From Solirubrobacterales bacterium (GTDB lineage Bacteria; Actinomycetota; Thermoleophilia; Solirubrobacterales; 70-9): a stretch of DNA of 64,000 bases. Of the stretch, positions 39,701 to 48,690 are shown piece after piece. How positions within the stretch are numbered: position 1 is the stretch's first letter; every line of letters starts with the position of its first letter. The stretch is taken from contig JBIOTO010000119.1 in assembly GCA_044865945.1 (NCBI GenBank), positions 1,544-65,543 on the forward strand, given 5' to 3'. The notes below the pieces were generated by a model that searched no databases, was not told the DNA's origin, and saw only the letters and a list, made by a program, of their open reading frames with translations. Both the position numbers and the translations under genes were made by a program.

Positions 39701-40359
39701 GCCTCGGTCGCGCTCGCCGCTTCGCCCGGGGGGCGCCGCCGGCGCTTGATCAGCAGGTAGGCGAGGCCGGCGATCACCGCGACGACGACGAGGTAGTCGA
39801 GGTAGTGCAGGTGGTCGCGCCACTCTTCCCAGTTCTCGCCGACGCTCTTGCCGATCAGGGCCAGCATCAGGACCCAGGGGATGCAGCCGGCGACGGTCAG
39901 GACGGTGAAGCGCCAGAACGGCATTTTCGCCACCCCGGCCGGAAGGGAGATGAAGGTGCGGATGATCGGCAGCATCCGCGAGAAGAAGATCGTCGCGTCG
40001 CCGTAGCGCGCGAACCAGTCATCGGCCCATTTCAGGTGCTTGGGGCTGATGTGGATCAGCTTGTTTTTTTCCAGCAGGTCGATGCGGCCGTAGTAGCCGA
40101 CCGCGTAGGCGATCCAGGAGCCGACCAGGTTGCCGAGCACGCCGGCGGCGACGACCCCGAACAGGGTCAGGTCGCCGGCGGCGACGCTGGAGCCGGCGAA
40201 CAGCATGATCGCCTCGCTGGGGACCGGCAGGCAGGCGGACTCGAGCGTCATCAGGAGGAAAACGGCGGGCAGGCCGGTGCTGCTGATGAAGTCGGTTCCC
40301 CAGTTGACGATCGGGTCGAGGAAGAAGTCGGTAACGCTGGCGAGGACGAGGGGCGGCAT
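39697..40359 (-). CDS. DedA family membrane protein
   Basis: It contains LESACLPVPSEAIMLFAG and FSRMLPIIRTFISLPAG. I chose the start at MPPLVLAS. Confidence 0.85.
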   Translation of the reverse strand: MPPLVLASVTDFFLDPIVNWGTDFISSTGLPAVFLLMTLESACLPVPSEAIMLFAGSSVAAGDLTLFGVVAAGVLGNLVGSWIAYAVGYYGRIDLLEKNKLIHISPKHLKWADDWFARYGDATIFFSRMLPIIRTFISLPAGVAKMPFWRFTVLTVAGCIPWVLMLALIGKSVGENWEEWRDHLHYLDYLVVVAVIAGLAYLLIKRRRRPPGEAASATEA

Positions 40360-40414
40360 TCGTGAGGGCGGGATTCTAGGGGCGAAGCTGAACAGCAACT
40401 AAACTGGCGCGTTC

Positions 40415-42304
40415 ATGCGCCGGTTGAACCACCCTGTCTACCGCAACCGGGTTTTGCAGATAACGGCCGACGCCGTGCTCGTCGCGCTGGCCTATTTCCT
40501 CGCCTTCCAGCTTCGCTTCCTCGACGATCCGCACGGCTGGCCGCAGCGCTACGAGACCCTTTTCGCCCAGTCGGTCGGCTTCGTCGTCGCCGGCAAGCTG
40601 ATCGTCTTCTACGCCTTCGGGCTCTACCAGAAGTGGTGGCGCTACGTCAGCGGTCGCGACTTCCTCCTGATCCTCCGCGCCGTCGCCGTCGCCAGCGCCC
40701 TGCTGGTCGTCGTCTTCGCCGTCGCCAAGCCCTTCGAGCACACCCTGCCGCGGTCGGTCGAGGTGATGGACTTCCTCCTCACCGCGCTGCTGATCGCCGG
40801 CGCCCGCCTCGCGGTGCGGCTGGCCCTCGAGCGCCCAAACCGCGCCTCCCGGCTGCCGAAGCACGAGGTGCTGGTCGTCGGCGCCGGCTCCGGCGGCCAG
40901 ATGGTGGTCCGCGAGCTGCAGCTCAACCCCAACCTCGGTGCCACCGCGATCGGCTTCGTCGACGACGACCCGCGCAAGCGGGGGATGCGGATGCTGGGCC
41001 TGAAGGTGCTCGGCTCGACCAAGCAGATCGACGCGATCCTCGACGAGACCGGCCCCGACGAGGTCGTGATCGCGATCCCCTCGGCCCCGGGAGACCTGCG
41101 CGGGCGGATCGTCGCCGCCTGCCGCGAGCGCGAGATCCGGGTCCGCACCCTGCCAACCGTGTTCGAGCTGCTGCGCGGCGGCGTCCAGCTGAACAAACAG
41201 CTGCGCGAGGTGCGGGTCGAGGACGTGCTCGGCCGCGAGCCGATCGTCCGCGAGCTGGACCGGGTCGGGGCCTACCTGCGCGACCGCATCGTCCTCGTTA
41301 CCGGCGCCGGCGGCTCGATCGGCTCCGAGCTCTGCCGCCAGATCGCCCAGGTCAAACCGCGGCTCCTGGTGATGCTCGACCACGCCGAGGACAACCTCTT
41401 CCAGATCGACCGCGAGATGGTCGAGGAGCGGCACTTCGCCAGCTGCGAGTCGGTCCTGGCGGACTGCAAGGAGCCGCACCGGATGCTGGAGGTGATGCAG
41501 CGCTTCAAACCCGACGTCGTCTTCCACGCCGCCGCCTATAAGCACGTGCCGCTGATGGAGTCCAACCCGCTGGAGGCGGTCCGCAACAACGCGATCGCCA
41601 CCCGGGTCACCGCCGAGACCGCCGCCGCCTCCAAGGTTGAGCGCTTCGTCCTGATCTCGACCGACAAGGCGGTCAACCCGAAGACGGTGATGGGCGCCTC
41701 GAAGGCGATGGCGGAGTGGATCGTCGAGGCCGCCGGCGACAAATTCCCGGAGACGCGCTTCGCCTCGGTCCGCTTCGGCAACGTCCTCGCCTCCTCCGGC
41801 AGCGTGGTGCCGATCTTCCGCGGCCAGATCGAGCGGGGGGGACCGGTGACCGTCACCCACCCGGAGATGACCCGCTACTTCATGACGATCCCGGAGGCGG
41901 TGCAGCTGGTGATCCGCGCCGGCGACATCGGCACCGGCAAGGGCGAGGTCTTCGTCCTCGACATGGGCGAGCCGGTGAAGATCGTCGACCTCGCCCACAA
42001 CATGATCCGGCTGGCCGGCTACGAGCCGGGGCGGGACATCGCGGTCGAGTTCACCAAACCGCGACCCGGCGAGAAGCTGAGCGAGACGCTCTTCTCCAGC
42101 AACGAGAACGTGCAGCCGACGGCGGCGCGGCGGATCAACCGCGCGGTGCGGCAGAAGCCGCTCGACCAGGAGTGGGTCGAGTCGACCCTGAACTCGCTCG
42201 AGCACCTGGTTCTGGCCGGTGACGAGGCTAATTTGGCGGAACGGGTCGTGGAGTTGATCGCCGCGCCGGGCGGCGACGCCGCGACGGTCGTCCCCAACGA
42301 ATAG
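40415..42304 (+). CDS. membrane-bound nucleotide-sugar 4,6-dehydratase (CapD/PglF/WbpM family polysaccharide biosynthesis protein)
   Basis: N-terminal TM helices are followed by two Rossmann motifs, VVGAGSGGQ and VTGAGGSIGSEL, and by FHAAAYKHVPLME. Confidence 0.88.
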   Translation: MRRLNHPVYRNRVLQITADAVLVALAYFLAFQLRFLDDPHGWPQRYETLFAQSVGFVVAGKLIVFYAFGLYQKWWRYVSGRDFLLILRAVAVASALLVVVFAVAKPFEHTLPRSVEVMDFLLTALLIAGARLAVRLALERPNRASRLPKHEVLVVGAGSGGQMVVRELQLNPNLGATAIGFVDDDPRKRGMRMLGLKVLGSTKQIDAILDETGPDEVVIAIPSAPGDLRGRIVAACREREIRVRTLPTVFELLRGGVQLNKQLREVRVEDVLGREPIVRELDRVGAYLRDRIVLVTGAGGSIGSELCRQIAQVKPRLLVMLDHAEDNLFQIDREMVEERHFASCESVLADCKEPHRMLEVMQRFKPDVVFHAAAYKHVPLMESNPLEAVRNNAIATRVTAETAAASKVERFVLISTDKAVNPKTVMGASKAMAEWIVEAAGDKFPETRFASVRFGNVLASSGSVVPIFRGQIERGGPVTVTHPEMTRYFMTIPEAVQLVIRAGDIGTGKGEVFVLDMGEPVKIVDLAHNMIRLAGYEPGRDIAVEFTKPRPGEKLSETLFSSNENVQPTAARRINRAVRQKPLDQEWVESTLNSLEHLVLAGDEANLAERVVELIAAPGGDAATVVPNE

Positions 42305-42319
42305 CCTCTCGCAGCCACT

Positions 42320-43093
42320 TTGATCGACGCGATCGAACAAATCGGCGCCTTCGCTGGCCTGGCTGCCTTTCTCGGGCTTGCCGTCTTCGCGCTGATCTCG
42401 TTCACCCAGGGACGGGACATCCGCCGCCTGCGCGAGTGGGCGGGGTCGGCCCCTGAGCGCGACGCCGAGCGCAAGGAGCAGACCTCGACGATCGCCGCCC
42501 AGCGGGCGGAGGAGCTGCGGGCGCTGGAGGAGGCGCGGACGGCAGAACAGGAGGCGGTCTCCAATCGCGAGGAACGGCGCAAGCGGCGCGAGGAGGGGTT
42601 GCCGGAACAGACCTTCGGCGAGCGGCTGCGCGGCCGCTTCTCCAGCTTCGGCGAGACCGCCTCGAAGCCGGGCACGCTGATCGCCCTCTTCGTCGTGATC
42701 ATCGCGATCGTCGGCGGGGTCGCCTACCTCCTGGTCAGCGGCGACGACGAAGGCGCCAAGGGCAACGGCGCCAAGCAGGCGGCGGCCCAGATCAAACCGG
42801 CCGAAATCGAAGTCAGCGTCCTCAACGGCACCTCGGTGCCCGGTCTCGCCGCCACCTACGGCGACAAGGTCGAGGGCAAGGGCTTCAGCCTCGGCGCCGT
42901 CACCAACAGCAGTTCGAGCTTCGCCGAAAGCGTCGTGATGTTCAAAGTCGGACACAAGCCGGAAGCGCGCAAGGTGGCGAAACAGCTGGGGATCGCCAAA
43001 ACGCAGCCGATGAGCGGGGAAATCGAATCGGTCTCGGCAGGCGCCGACGTCGCGGTTGTCGTCGGCGAGGACAATGCCGAAACGGTTGAATGA
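42320..43093 (+). CDS. LytR_C (LytR cell-envelope-related C-terminal) domain membrane protein
   Basis: It has a TM segment, a charged coiled region, a second TM segment, and then VSVLNGTSVPGLAATYGDKVEGKGFSLGAVTN...AESVVMF. Confidence 0.7.
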   Translation: MIDAIEQIGAFAGLAAFLGLAVFALISFTQGRDIRRLREWAGSAPERDAERKEQTSTIAAQRAEELRALEEARTAEQEAVSNREERRKRREEGLPEQTFGERLRGRFSSFGETASKPGTLIALFVVIIAIVGGVAYLLVSGDDEGAKGNGAKQAAAQIKPAEIEVSVLNGTSVPGLAATYGDKVEGKGFSLGAVTNSSSSFAESVVMFKVGHKPEARKVAKQLGIAKTQPMSGEIESVSAGADVAVVVGEDNAETVE

Positions 43094-43550
43094 TTCCCGC
43101 GCTCCCGCGATCGTCTTCGCGCTCCTCGTCCTCGCGACGCTAGCCGCCTTCGCCTACGCCCAAAGGGTCAAGCGCGATCCGCTCGTCCTCGACCGCGTCA
43201 GCTTCATCGGCGCGCCGCGAGACAAGGGTCAGCCGGTCGTCCACGCCTTCACCCCGAACCGGGACTGCCGTCTCGACCTGATGCGGATCCGCTTCCGCAC
43301 CACCGTCTCCGGCAACGGAGTGGTCCAGGTGATCAAGCCCGGCGGCCGCGTCGTCTACACGCTGGCGCGAGACGAATTCCTCAAGCGCTACACGTTCCAC
43401 ACCTACTACTGGGACGGGCGGCAGCGGGGCGGCGGCACCGCTCATCCGGGTCGCTACAAGCTGCGGGTCAAATTCGACGGTCGCACCCTCGTGACCCCGG
43501 GCGTGATCCGCCTCCATCCGGCGCCGAAGGACGGCGAGCGCAAATGCTGA
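43074..43550 (+). CDS. membrane-anchored hypothetical protein (Ig-like beta-rich ectodomain?)
   Basis: It has one TM segment (AIVFALLVLATLAAFAYA) and I recognise no family. The start is ambiguous (43056, 43074 or 43086). Confidence 0.45.
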   Translation: MPKRLNDSRAPAIVFALLVLATLAAFAYAQRVKRDPLVLDRVSFIGAPRDKGQPVVHAFTPNRDCRLDLMRIRFRTTVSGNGVVQVIKPGGRVVYTLARDEFLKRYTFHTYYWDGRQRGGGTAHPGRYKLRVKFDGRTLVTPGVIRLHPAPKDGERKC

Positions 43551-45079
43551 GTGACGTCCTCGCCGGACTCGGCCTCGTCGTCGCGGCAAGCGCCAGCGGC
43601 GCCGCGATCCTGCTGCCCCCCGGCCGCCCGCGCGGCGCCGCGATGGTCCTGGCGATGGTCCTCTTCCCGGTCCTGATCGCCGGCGACCAGTGGCACACGA
43701 CCCAGATCGTCGACCTGCGCCACGACGAGGGGAGGATCGCCGCCCTGCTGGCGATCGCCGCGGTCGCGATCGGCTCCCTCACCTACGTCTTCCGCCGCTG
43801 GCCGATCCTGATGCCGCTGGCGATCATCGCCGCCCTGCCGTTCCGGGTTCCGCTCGAGGCGGGCGGCGACACGGCCAACCTGCTGGTCCCGCTCTACCTG
43901 GTGATCGCGGCGGCGGTCCTGGCCACGGTTCTGCGCGACTGGAACGACCCACCGGCCGTCCACCCGCCGCGGGCGCTGGCCTGGATCCTCGCCGCCGCGG
44001 TGGTCCTCTACGCCCTGCAGACGCTCTACTCGGAGGACTTCTCGAAGGGCCTGCAGAACGTCTGCTTCTTCTTCATCCCCTTCACCGTCGCCTACCGGCT
44101 GCTGCGCGAGGTGGAGTGGGACCGGCGCCTGTTGACCTGGGCGATGGTGCTGCTGGGGATCGAGGCGAGCCTGTTCGTCCTCGTCGGCACGGTCGAGCTG
44201 GCGACCCGCGGCCTCTTCTGGAACGACCAGATCATCCGCTCGAACGAATTCCACACCTACTTCCGCGTCAACTCGGTCTTCTGGGATCCGAACGTCTACG
44301 GGCGCTACCTGGCCCTGACCGCGGTCCTGGCCACGGCGGCAATGCTCTGGGCGCGAACCCGGAGCAACTTCTGGTTGCTCTCCGGCCTGCTCGGCGTGCT
44401 CTGGTTCGGGCTGGTCACGACCTACTCGCAGTCGAGCTTCCTCGCCCTCCTCGCCGGGCTGGCGATGCTGGCGGCGATCCGCTGGAGCTGGCGCTGGACC
44501 CTGGTCGCGGTCGCGGTGGGGACGGTTGGCGCTGCCCTGGTCATCCTCTTCGCAGGCGGCTCGGGAAAGATCACCAGCGACCGCCTCAACGTCGACCTCA
44601 GCGGCCGCGGCAGCCTCGTCTCCGGCGGCCTCGACCTCTTCTCCGAACGACCCCTCTGGGGCTACGGATCAGGCAGCTTCCAAGCCGCCTACCGCGACAA
44701 CCGCGAGAACAAGGATGCACCCGTCATTGTTTCTCACACGGAGCCCGTCACTGTGGCAGCTGAGCAAGGCCTAATAGGACTGCTCATCTACTTCTCTCTG
44801 ATCATCGTTGCGCTCCGAACCCTGGGCGCTGGCCTCTTCCGGCCCCGTCCGGCGGGTGGCGACGATCGGGAGGACTCTCCCGGTAGGGAGAGCCCCCGAT
44901 CGGAGACAGGACCCGCCGGCCACACCGCCCGCGCAGCGTTACTCGCTGCCTTCGTGGCCCTCCTCGTTCACACCCTGTCCTACGCCGGCTTCTTCGAGGA
45001 CCCGATCACCTGGGTGCTCCTGGCTGTGGGTGCCTCTTTGGCGTGGGCTGAGGCGCCGGCGGTCCGCGACCCCGCGTAG
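43544..45079 (+). CDS. O-antigen ligase/polymerase-like (Wzy_C) membrane protein
   Basis: It has more than 10 TM segments and the Wzy_C-type core TYSQSSFLALLAGLAML...PLWGYGSGSF...SHTEPVTVAAEQGLIGLL. Confidence 0.75.
   Translation: MLSDVLAGLGLVVAASASGAAILLPPGRPRGAAMVLAMVLFPVLIAGDQWHTTQIVDLRHDEGRIAALLAIAAVAIGSLTYVFRRWPILMPLAIIAALPFRVPLEAGGDTANLLVPLYLVIAAAVLATVLRDWNDPPAVHPPRALAWILAAAVVLYALQTLYSEDFSKGLQNVCFFFIPFTVAYRLLREVEWDRRLLTWAMVLLGIEASLFVLVGTVELATRGLFWNDQIIRSNEFHTYFRVNSVFWDPNVYGRYLALTAVLATAAMLWARTRSNFWLLSGLLGVLWFGLVTTYSQSSFLALLAGLAMLAAIRWSWRWTLVAVAVGTVGAALVILFAGGSGKITSDRLNVDLSGRGSLVSGGLDLFSERPLWGYGSGSFQAAYRDNRENKDAPVIVSHTEPVTVAAEQGLIGLLIYFSLIIVALRTLGAGLFRPRPAGGDDREDSPGRESPRSETGPAGHTARAALLAAFVALLVHTLSYAGFFEDPITWVLLAVGASLAWAEAPAVRDPA
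44850..44918 (+). repeat. 69-bp hairpin-forming repeat, copy 1, in frame inside the Wzy_C-like gene
   Basis: It is identical at all 69 positions to 48796-48864 (hand alignment) and encodes AGGDDREDSPGRESPRSETGPA. Confidence 0.9.
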
Positions 45080-45088
45080 GGTCCCCGC

Positions 45089-46621
45089 ATGTCGGGATAC
45101 CTGCGCCGCCTGGCGACGACCGGCGCCGCCTACACGGCGGCAAGCATCCTCTCCAAGGTCATCGCGGTCGCCCTGCTGTCGCTCTACACGCGGTACCTCA
45201 CGCCCGAGGACTACGGCGCCGCCGAGATCCTCTTCGCCGCGGTCGTCCTGGTCAGCATCGTCGTCCGCTTCGGCCTGATCGAGGCGATCCTCCGCTTCTA
45301 CTACCAGGACGACGAGGATCCGCGGCAGGTAGTCAAGAGCACCTTCGCCGGCCTCTTCTGGCTGGCGACGATCGGGGCGCTGATCCTGCTCCCCTTCGCC
45401 GGCCCGATCTCCGAAGCCCTGCTGGACGAATCGGCCCCCGAGCTGGCGCGGATCGCGATCGGCGGCCTCTGGGTGCTGACGATGTGGGAGTTCATGCTGA
45501 CCCTCTTCCGGCTCGACGAGCGGGCGCGGGCCTTCTTCCTCACCACGATCCTCAACGTGGTCGCGGCGATAGCCCTCACCGTGGTCCTCGTCGTCGGCCT
45601 CGACGAGGGCGCCCGCGGGCTGCTGCTCGGCAGCTACGCGACCGGCGCCGCCTTTGTGGTCGCGCTAATCGCCATGCAGTGGCGCCGCCTCTCGCTGCGT
45701 CCCGACGTCCCGCTGCTGCGCCGCCTCTTCCGCTTCGGCCTGCCGACGATGCCGGCCGAGGTCTCGCTCTACCTGCTCAACTTCGTCGACCGGCTGATCA
45801 TCGTCCGCTCGCTCGGGCTCGCCGAGGCCGGCCTCTACTCGCTGGCGGTCAAGTTCGCCCAGGGGGTCAACGTCCTCGTCCGCGGCTTCCAGCTCGCCTG
45901 GCCGCCGCTCGCCTACTCGATCCGCGACGACGACGAGGCCCGCCGCACCTACGCCACCGTCGTCACCCTGTTCGTCGCCGGCTGCGCCTTCGCCGTCACC
46001 GGTATGTGGCTCTTCTCGCGCTGGATGGTCCGTGCCTTGGCGGCGCCGGAGTTCTTCGACTCCTACGAAGTGATCGGCCTGATCTCCACCGCCGTCACCC
46101 TCTACGCCCTCTACCTCGTCCTCGTCGTGATCCTCGGCCGCACCGGCCGCACCGAGTTCAACTTCCCGGCCGCGATCGGCGCCCTCGTCGCCAACGTCGC
46201 CCTTAACCTGGCTCTGGTGCCGCCGCTGGGGATCGTCGGCGCCGGCCTCGCCCTCGTCGCCTCCTACCTGGTGGTGCTGGGGCTGATGTACGTCTTTACC
46301 CAGCGCCTCTTTCCGGTGCCCTACGAGTGGGGCCGGCTGCTGCGCGTGGTCCTGATCGTGGCGGCGATCGTCGGCTTCGCCGAACTGCTGGTTCCCACCT
46401 CCGGCGCCGACGGCCTGCTGATCCGAGCCGCCCTCTTCGCCGCCTACCCGCTCGCCCTCTTCGCCAGTGGCTTCTTCAGCGAGGAAGAGCGGGGCTGGCT
46501 AGCCCGCCTGAGACACCCGCGCGCCCTGATGGCCAGCTTCCGCGCCGAGGAGCCCGCGGTCGACGGCCGCATCCCCGAGGTCTACGAGGCGACGCGGCTC
46601 GACGAAGACGCCCGCGACTGA
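45089..46621 (+). CDS. Wzx-like oligosaccharide flippase (MOP superfamily polysaccharide biosynthesis protein)
   Basis: It has about 12-14 TM segments and the N-terminus ...AASILSKVIAVALLSLYTRYLTPEDYGAAEI typical of Wzx/RfbX proteins. Confidence 0.8.
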   Translation: MSGYLRRLATTGAAYTAASILSKVIAVALLSLYTRYLTPEDYGAAEILFAAVVLVSIVVRFGLIEAILRFYYQDDEDPRQVVKSTFAGLFWLATIGALILLPFAGPISEALLDESAPELARIAIGGLWVLTMWEFMLTLFRLDERARAFFLTTILNVVAAIALTVVLVVGLDEGARGLLLGSYATGAAFVVALIAMQWRRLSLRPDVPLLRRLFRFGLPTMPAEVSLYLLNFVDRLIIVRSLGLAEAGLYSLAVKFAQGVNVLVRGFQLAWPPLAYSIRDDDEARRTYATVVTLFVAGCAFAVTGMWLFSRWMVRALAAPEFFDSYEVIGLISTAVTLYALYLVLVVILGRTGRTEFNFPAAIGALVANVALNLALVPPLGIVGAGLALVASYLVVLGLMYVFTQRLFPVPYEWGRLLRVVLIVAAIVGFAELLVPTSGADGLLIRAALFAAYPLALFASGFFSEEERGWLARLRHPRALMASFRAEEPAVDGRIPEVYEATRLDEDARD

Positions 46622-46626
46622 GCTGC

Positions 46627-47541
46627 TTAAGGCCGGGCGCGGTCGCGGATCGATTCGCCGCGGTTCGGGAAGAGCGCCTGCCGCGCGTGGGCCCAGAAGA
46701 CCCTGGCGGGGCGGTTGGGGAGGACGGTCGCGGCCAGCGCCCGCACGGCGTACGACCAGGCGGTGAGCAGGCGCACCGCGAGTGCCGCGACCGCCCCGTG
46801 GTGCTTTCGCATGTAGAGCTCGCGGTTGCGGTGGAATTCGACGATTCGCGGCAGGCCCTTGGCGAGGTCGGTCGAGAGTTGATCGTGGTGGACGGCCTCG
46901 GCGCCCGGGACGAAGAGCGAGTGCCAGCCGGCGTCATCAAGGCGCTTGGCGAAGTCGCACTCGTCGTAGTAGACGAAGAAGTGAGGGTCCATGTAGCCGA
47001 CCTCGGCGGCCGCCTCGCGGCGGACCAGCAGGGCGCTCGACTGCGCCCAGTCGACCCGGCGGGTCTCGTTGCCGACGCTCTGCACGGTGAAGCGACGGTG
47101 GAGGAAGAGTGCCCCGACCGCCGCCGTGCCGACGCCCGGGAAGCGCCAGGCCGACGGGACCGGGTTGCCATCGGAGTCAAGCAGTTGCGCGGTCGCCGCC
47201 GCTGCCTTGGGGTTCGCCTCAAGCGCGGCGACCAGCGCCTGTGCGGCCCCCGGCCGCAGCTCGGAGTCCTCGTTCAGCAGCAGGCAGTACTTCCCCCGCG
47301 CCTCGCGCATCAGGGTCGAGTCGTTCTCGGCCTTGCCGGTCCGCCGATCGAGCGCGACCAGCCGAATCTCGCCTTCGAGCTCGCGCACGGCGTCCGCCGA
47401 GCCGTCGTCGGAGGCGTTGTCGAGAACGAGGATCTCGCGGTCGATCCCGGCCGGGTGGGTGCGCTCGATCGCCGCCAGGCAGGCGAGCAGGTAATCGCGG
47501 CCGTTCGTGTTCACGACGCAGTAGGAGAGCGTGGGGGGCAA
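46627..47541 (-). CDS. family 2 glycosyltransferase
   Basis: It contains SYCVVNTNGRDYLLACLAAI...ILVLDNASDDGS...LLLNEDSEL. A TTG start at 47541 is the only start upstream of the conserved N-terminus. Confidence 0.8.
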   Translation of the reverse strand: MPPTLSYCVVNTNGRDYLLACLAAIERTHPAGIDREILVLDNASDDGSADAVRELEGEIRLVALDRRTGKAENDSTLMREARGKYCLLLNEDSELRPGAAQALVAALEANPKAAAATAQLLDSDGNPVPSAWRFPGVGTAAVGALFLHRRFTVQSVGNETRRVDWAQSSALLVRREAAAEVGYMDPHFFVYYDECDFAKRLDDAGWHSLFVPGAEAVHHDQLSTDLAKGLPRIVEFHRNRELYMRKHHGAVAALAVRLLTAWSYAVRALAATVLPNRPARVFWAHARQALFPNRGESIRDRARP

Positions 47542-47568
47542 GGGGGTGACGATAATCCGCCCGGCCTG

Positions 47569-48690
47569 ATGAAGGTGCAACTCGTCGACCCCTCGGCCTT
47601 CACGCCGCCCTACGACCGCGCCCTCGCGGCGGCGCTGGCCCGTGCCGGTATCGAGGTCGAGCTGCTGACTACGAAGTTCCTCTACGGGCCGGTTCCGCCC
47701 GCCGAGGGCTACCGGGTCGATGAGCGCTTCTACCGCCGCTCCGCCGCGCGCGGGCTCGAAGCCCCGGCCCGCCTGCCGTTCAAGGCGCTGGAGCACGTTC
47801 CCGACATGCTCCGCTTCCGCCGCGAGGCCGCGGCCGACGTCGTCCACTACCAGTGGCTGACGATCCCCGCGCTCGACGCGCGCCTGCTGCCGTCGTCGCG
47901 GCCGCGGGTGATGACCGCCCACTACATCCTGCCGCCGCGCGCGAGCCGTCGGCAGGTGCGGAGCGCCCGCCGCGTCTTCGGCGCGATGGACGCCGTCGTC
48001 GCCCACTCCGAGCACAGCGCCGCGCGGCTGCGCGACGAGGTCGGCCTCGACCCGAGCAGGGTCCGCGTCATCCCCCACGGCGCCTTCGACTACCTGACCC
48101 GGCTGCCCGAGGAGAAGCCGCTGCCCGAGGAGCTGGAGGGAGCCGAGGGCCCGGTGGTCCTCTCCTTCGGCCTGCTCCGCCCTTACAAGGGAATCGAGAA
48201 CCTGCTCGACGCCTTCGGGCAGGTTGCCGACACCGACACCGAGCTCTGGGTCGTCGGCAACCCGCGAATGGACGTCGGGCCGCTGCGCCGGCAGGCGGAG
48301 AAAACGGGCGCGCGCGTCCGCTTCGTCAGTCGCTTCGTCGACGACGCCGAGATCCCGGCGATCTTCCGCCGCGCCGACCTCGTCGTCCTCCCCTACCTCG
48401 ACGCCGAGCACTCCGGCGTCCTCTACACCGGCCTCGCCTTCGGCAAGCCGCTGGTCCTCAGCGCGGTCGGCGGCTTCCCCGAGGTGGCCGAGGCCGGCGC
48501 GGCCCGGCTGATCCCGCCGGGAGACACCGACGCCCTCGCAGCGACCCTGTCGGAGCTGGTCGGCGACGAGGCCGCTCGCGCCGAGCTCGCCGCCGCCGCA
48601 TCGCGCGCCGCCGCCGGCCGGTTCTCCTGGGACGAGGCCGCCCGCCGCACCCTCGACCTCTACCGCGAGCTGATCGAGGCGCGCACGTGA
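47569..48690 (+). CDS. family 4 (GT-B, Glycos_transf_1) glycosyltransferase
   Basis: It has the C-terminal motif ...FVSRFVDDAEIPAIFRRADLVVLPYLDAEHSGVLYTGLAFGKPLVLSAVGGFPEV. The start is MKVQLVDPS. Confidence 0.85.
   Translation: MKVQLVDPSAFTPPYDRALAAALARAGIEVELLTTKFLYGPVPPAEGYRVDERFYRRSAARGLEAPARLPFKALEHVPDMLRFRREAAADVVHYQWLTIPALDARLLPSSRPRVMTAHYILPPRASRRQVRSARRVFGAMDAVVAHSEHSAARLRDEVGLDPSRVRVIPHGAFDYLTRLPEEKPLPEELEGAEGPVVLSFGLLRPYKGIENLLDAFGQVADTDTELWVVGNPRMDVGPLRRQAEKTGARVRFVSRFVDDAEIPAIFRRADLVVLPYLDAEHSGVLYTGLAFGKPLVLSAVGGFPEVAEAGAARLIPPGDTDALAATLSELVGDEAARAELAAAASRAAAGRFSWDEAARRTLDLYRELIEART

Noticed and set aside
46327-47568. N-terminal 414 codons of the plus-strand ORF 46327-48690, and the N-terminal part of the minus-strand ORF 46627-48411
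   Set aside because: Both are read-through extensions across the opposite-strand glycosyltransferase gene. The conserved GT4 sequence starts at MKVQLVDPS (47569), and the conserved GT2 sequence starts just after TTG 47541.
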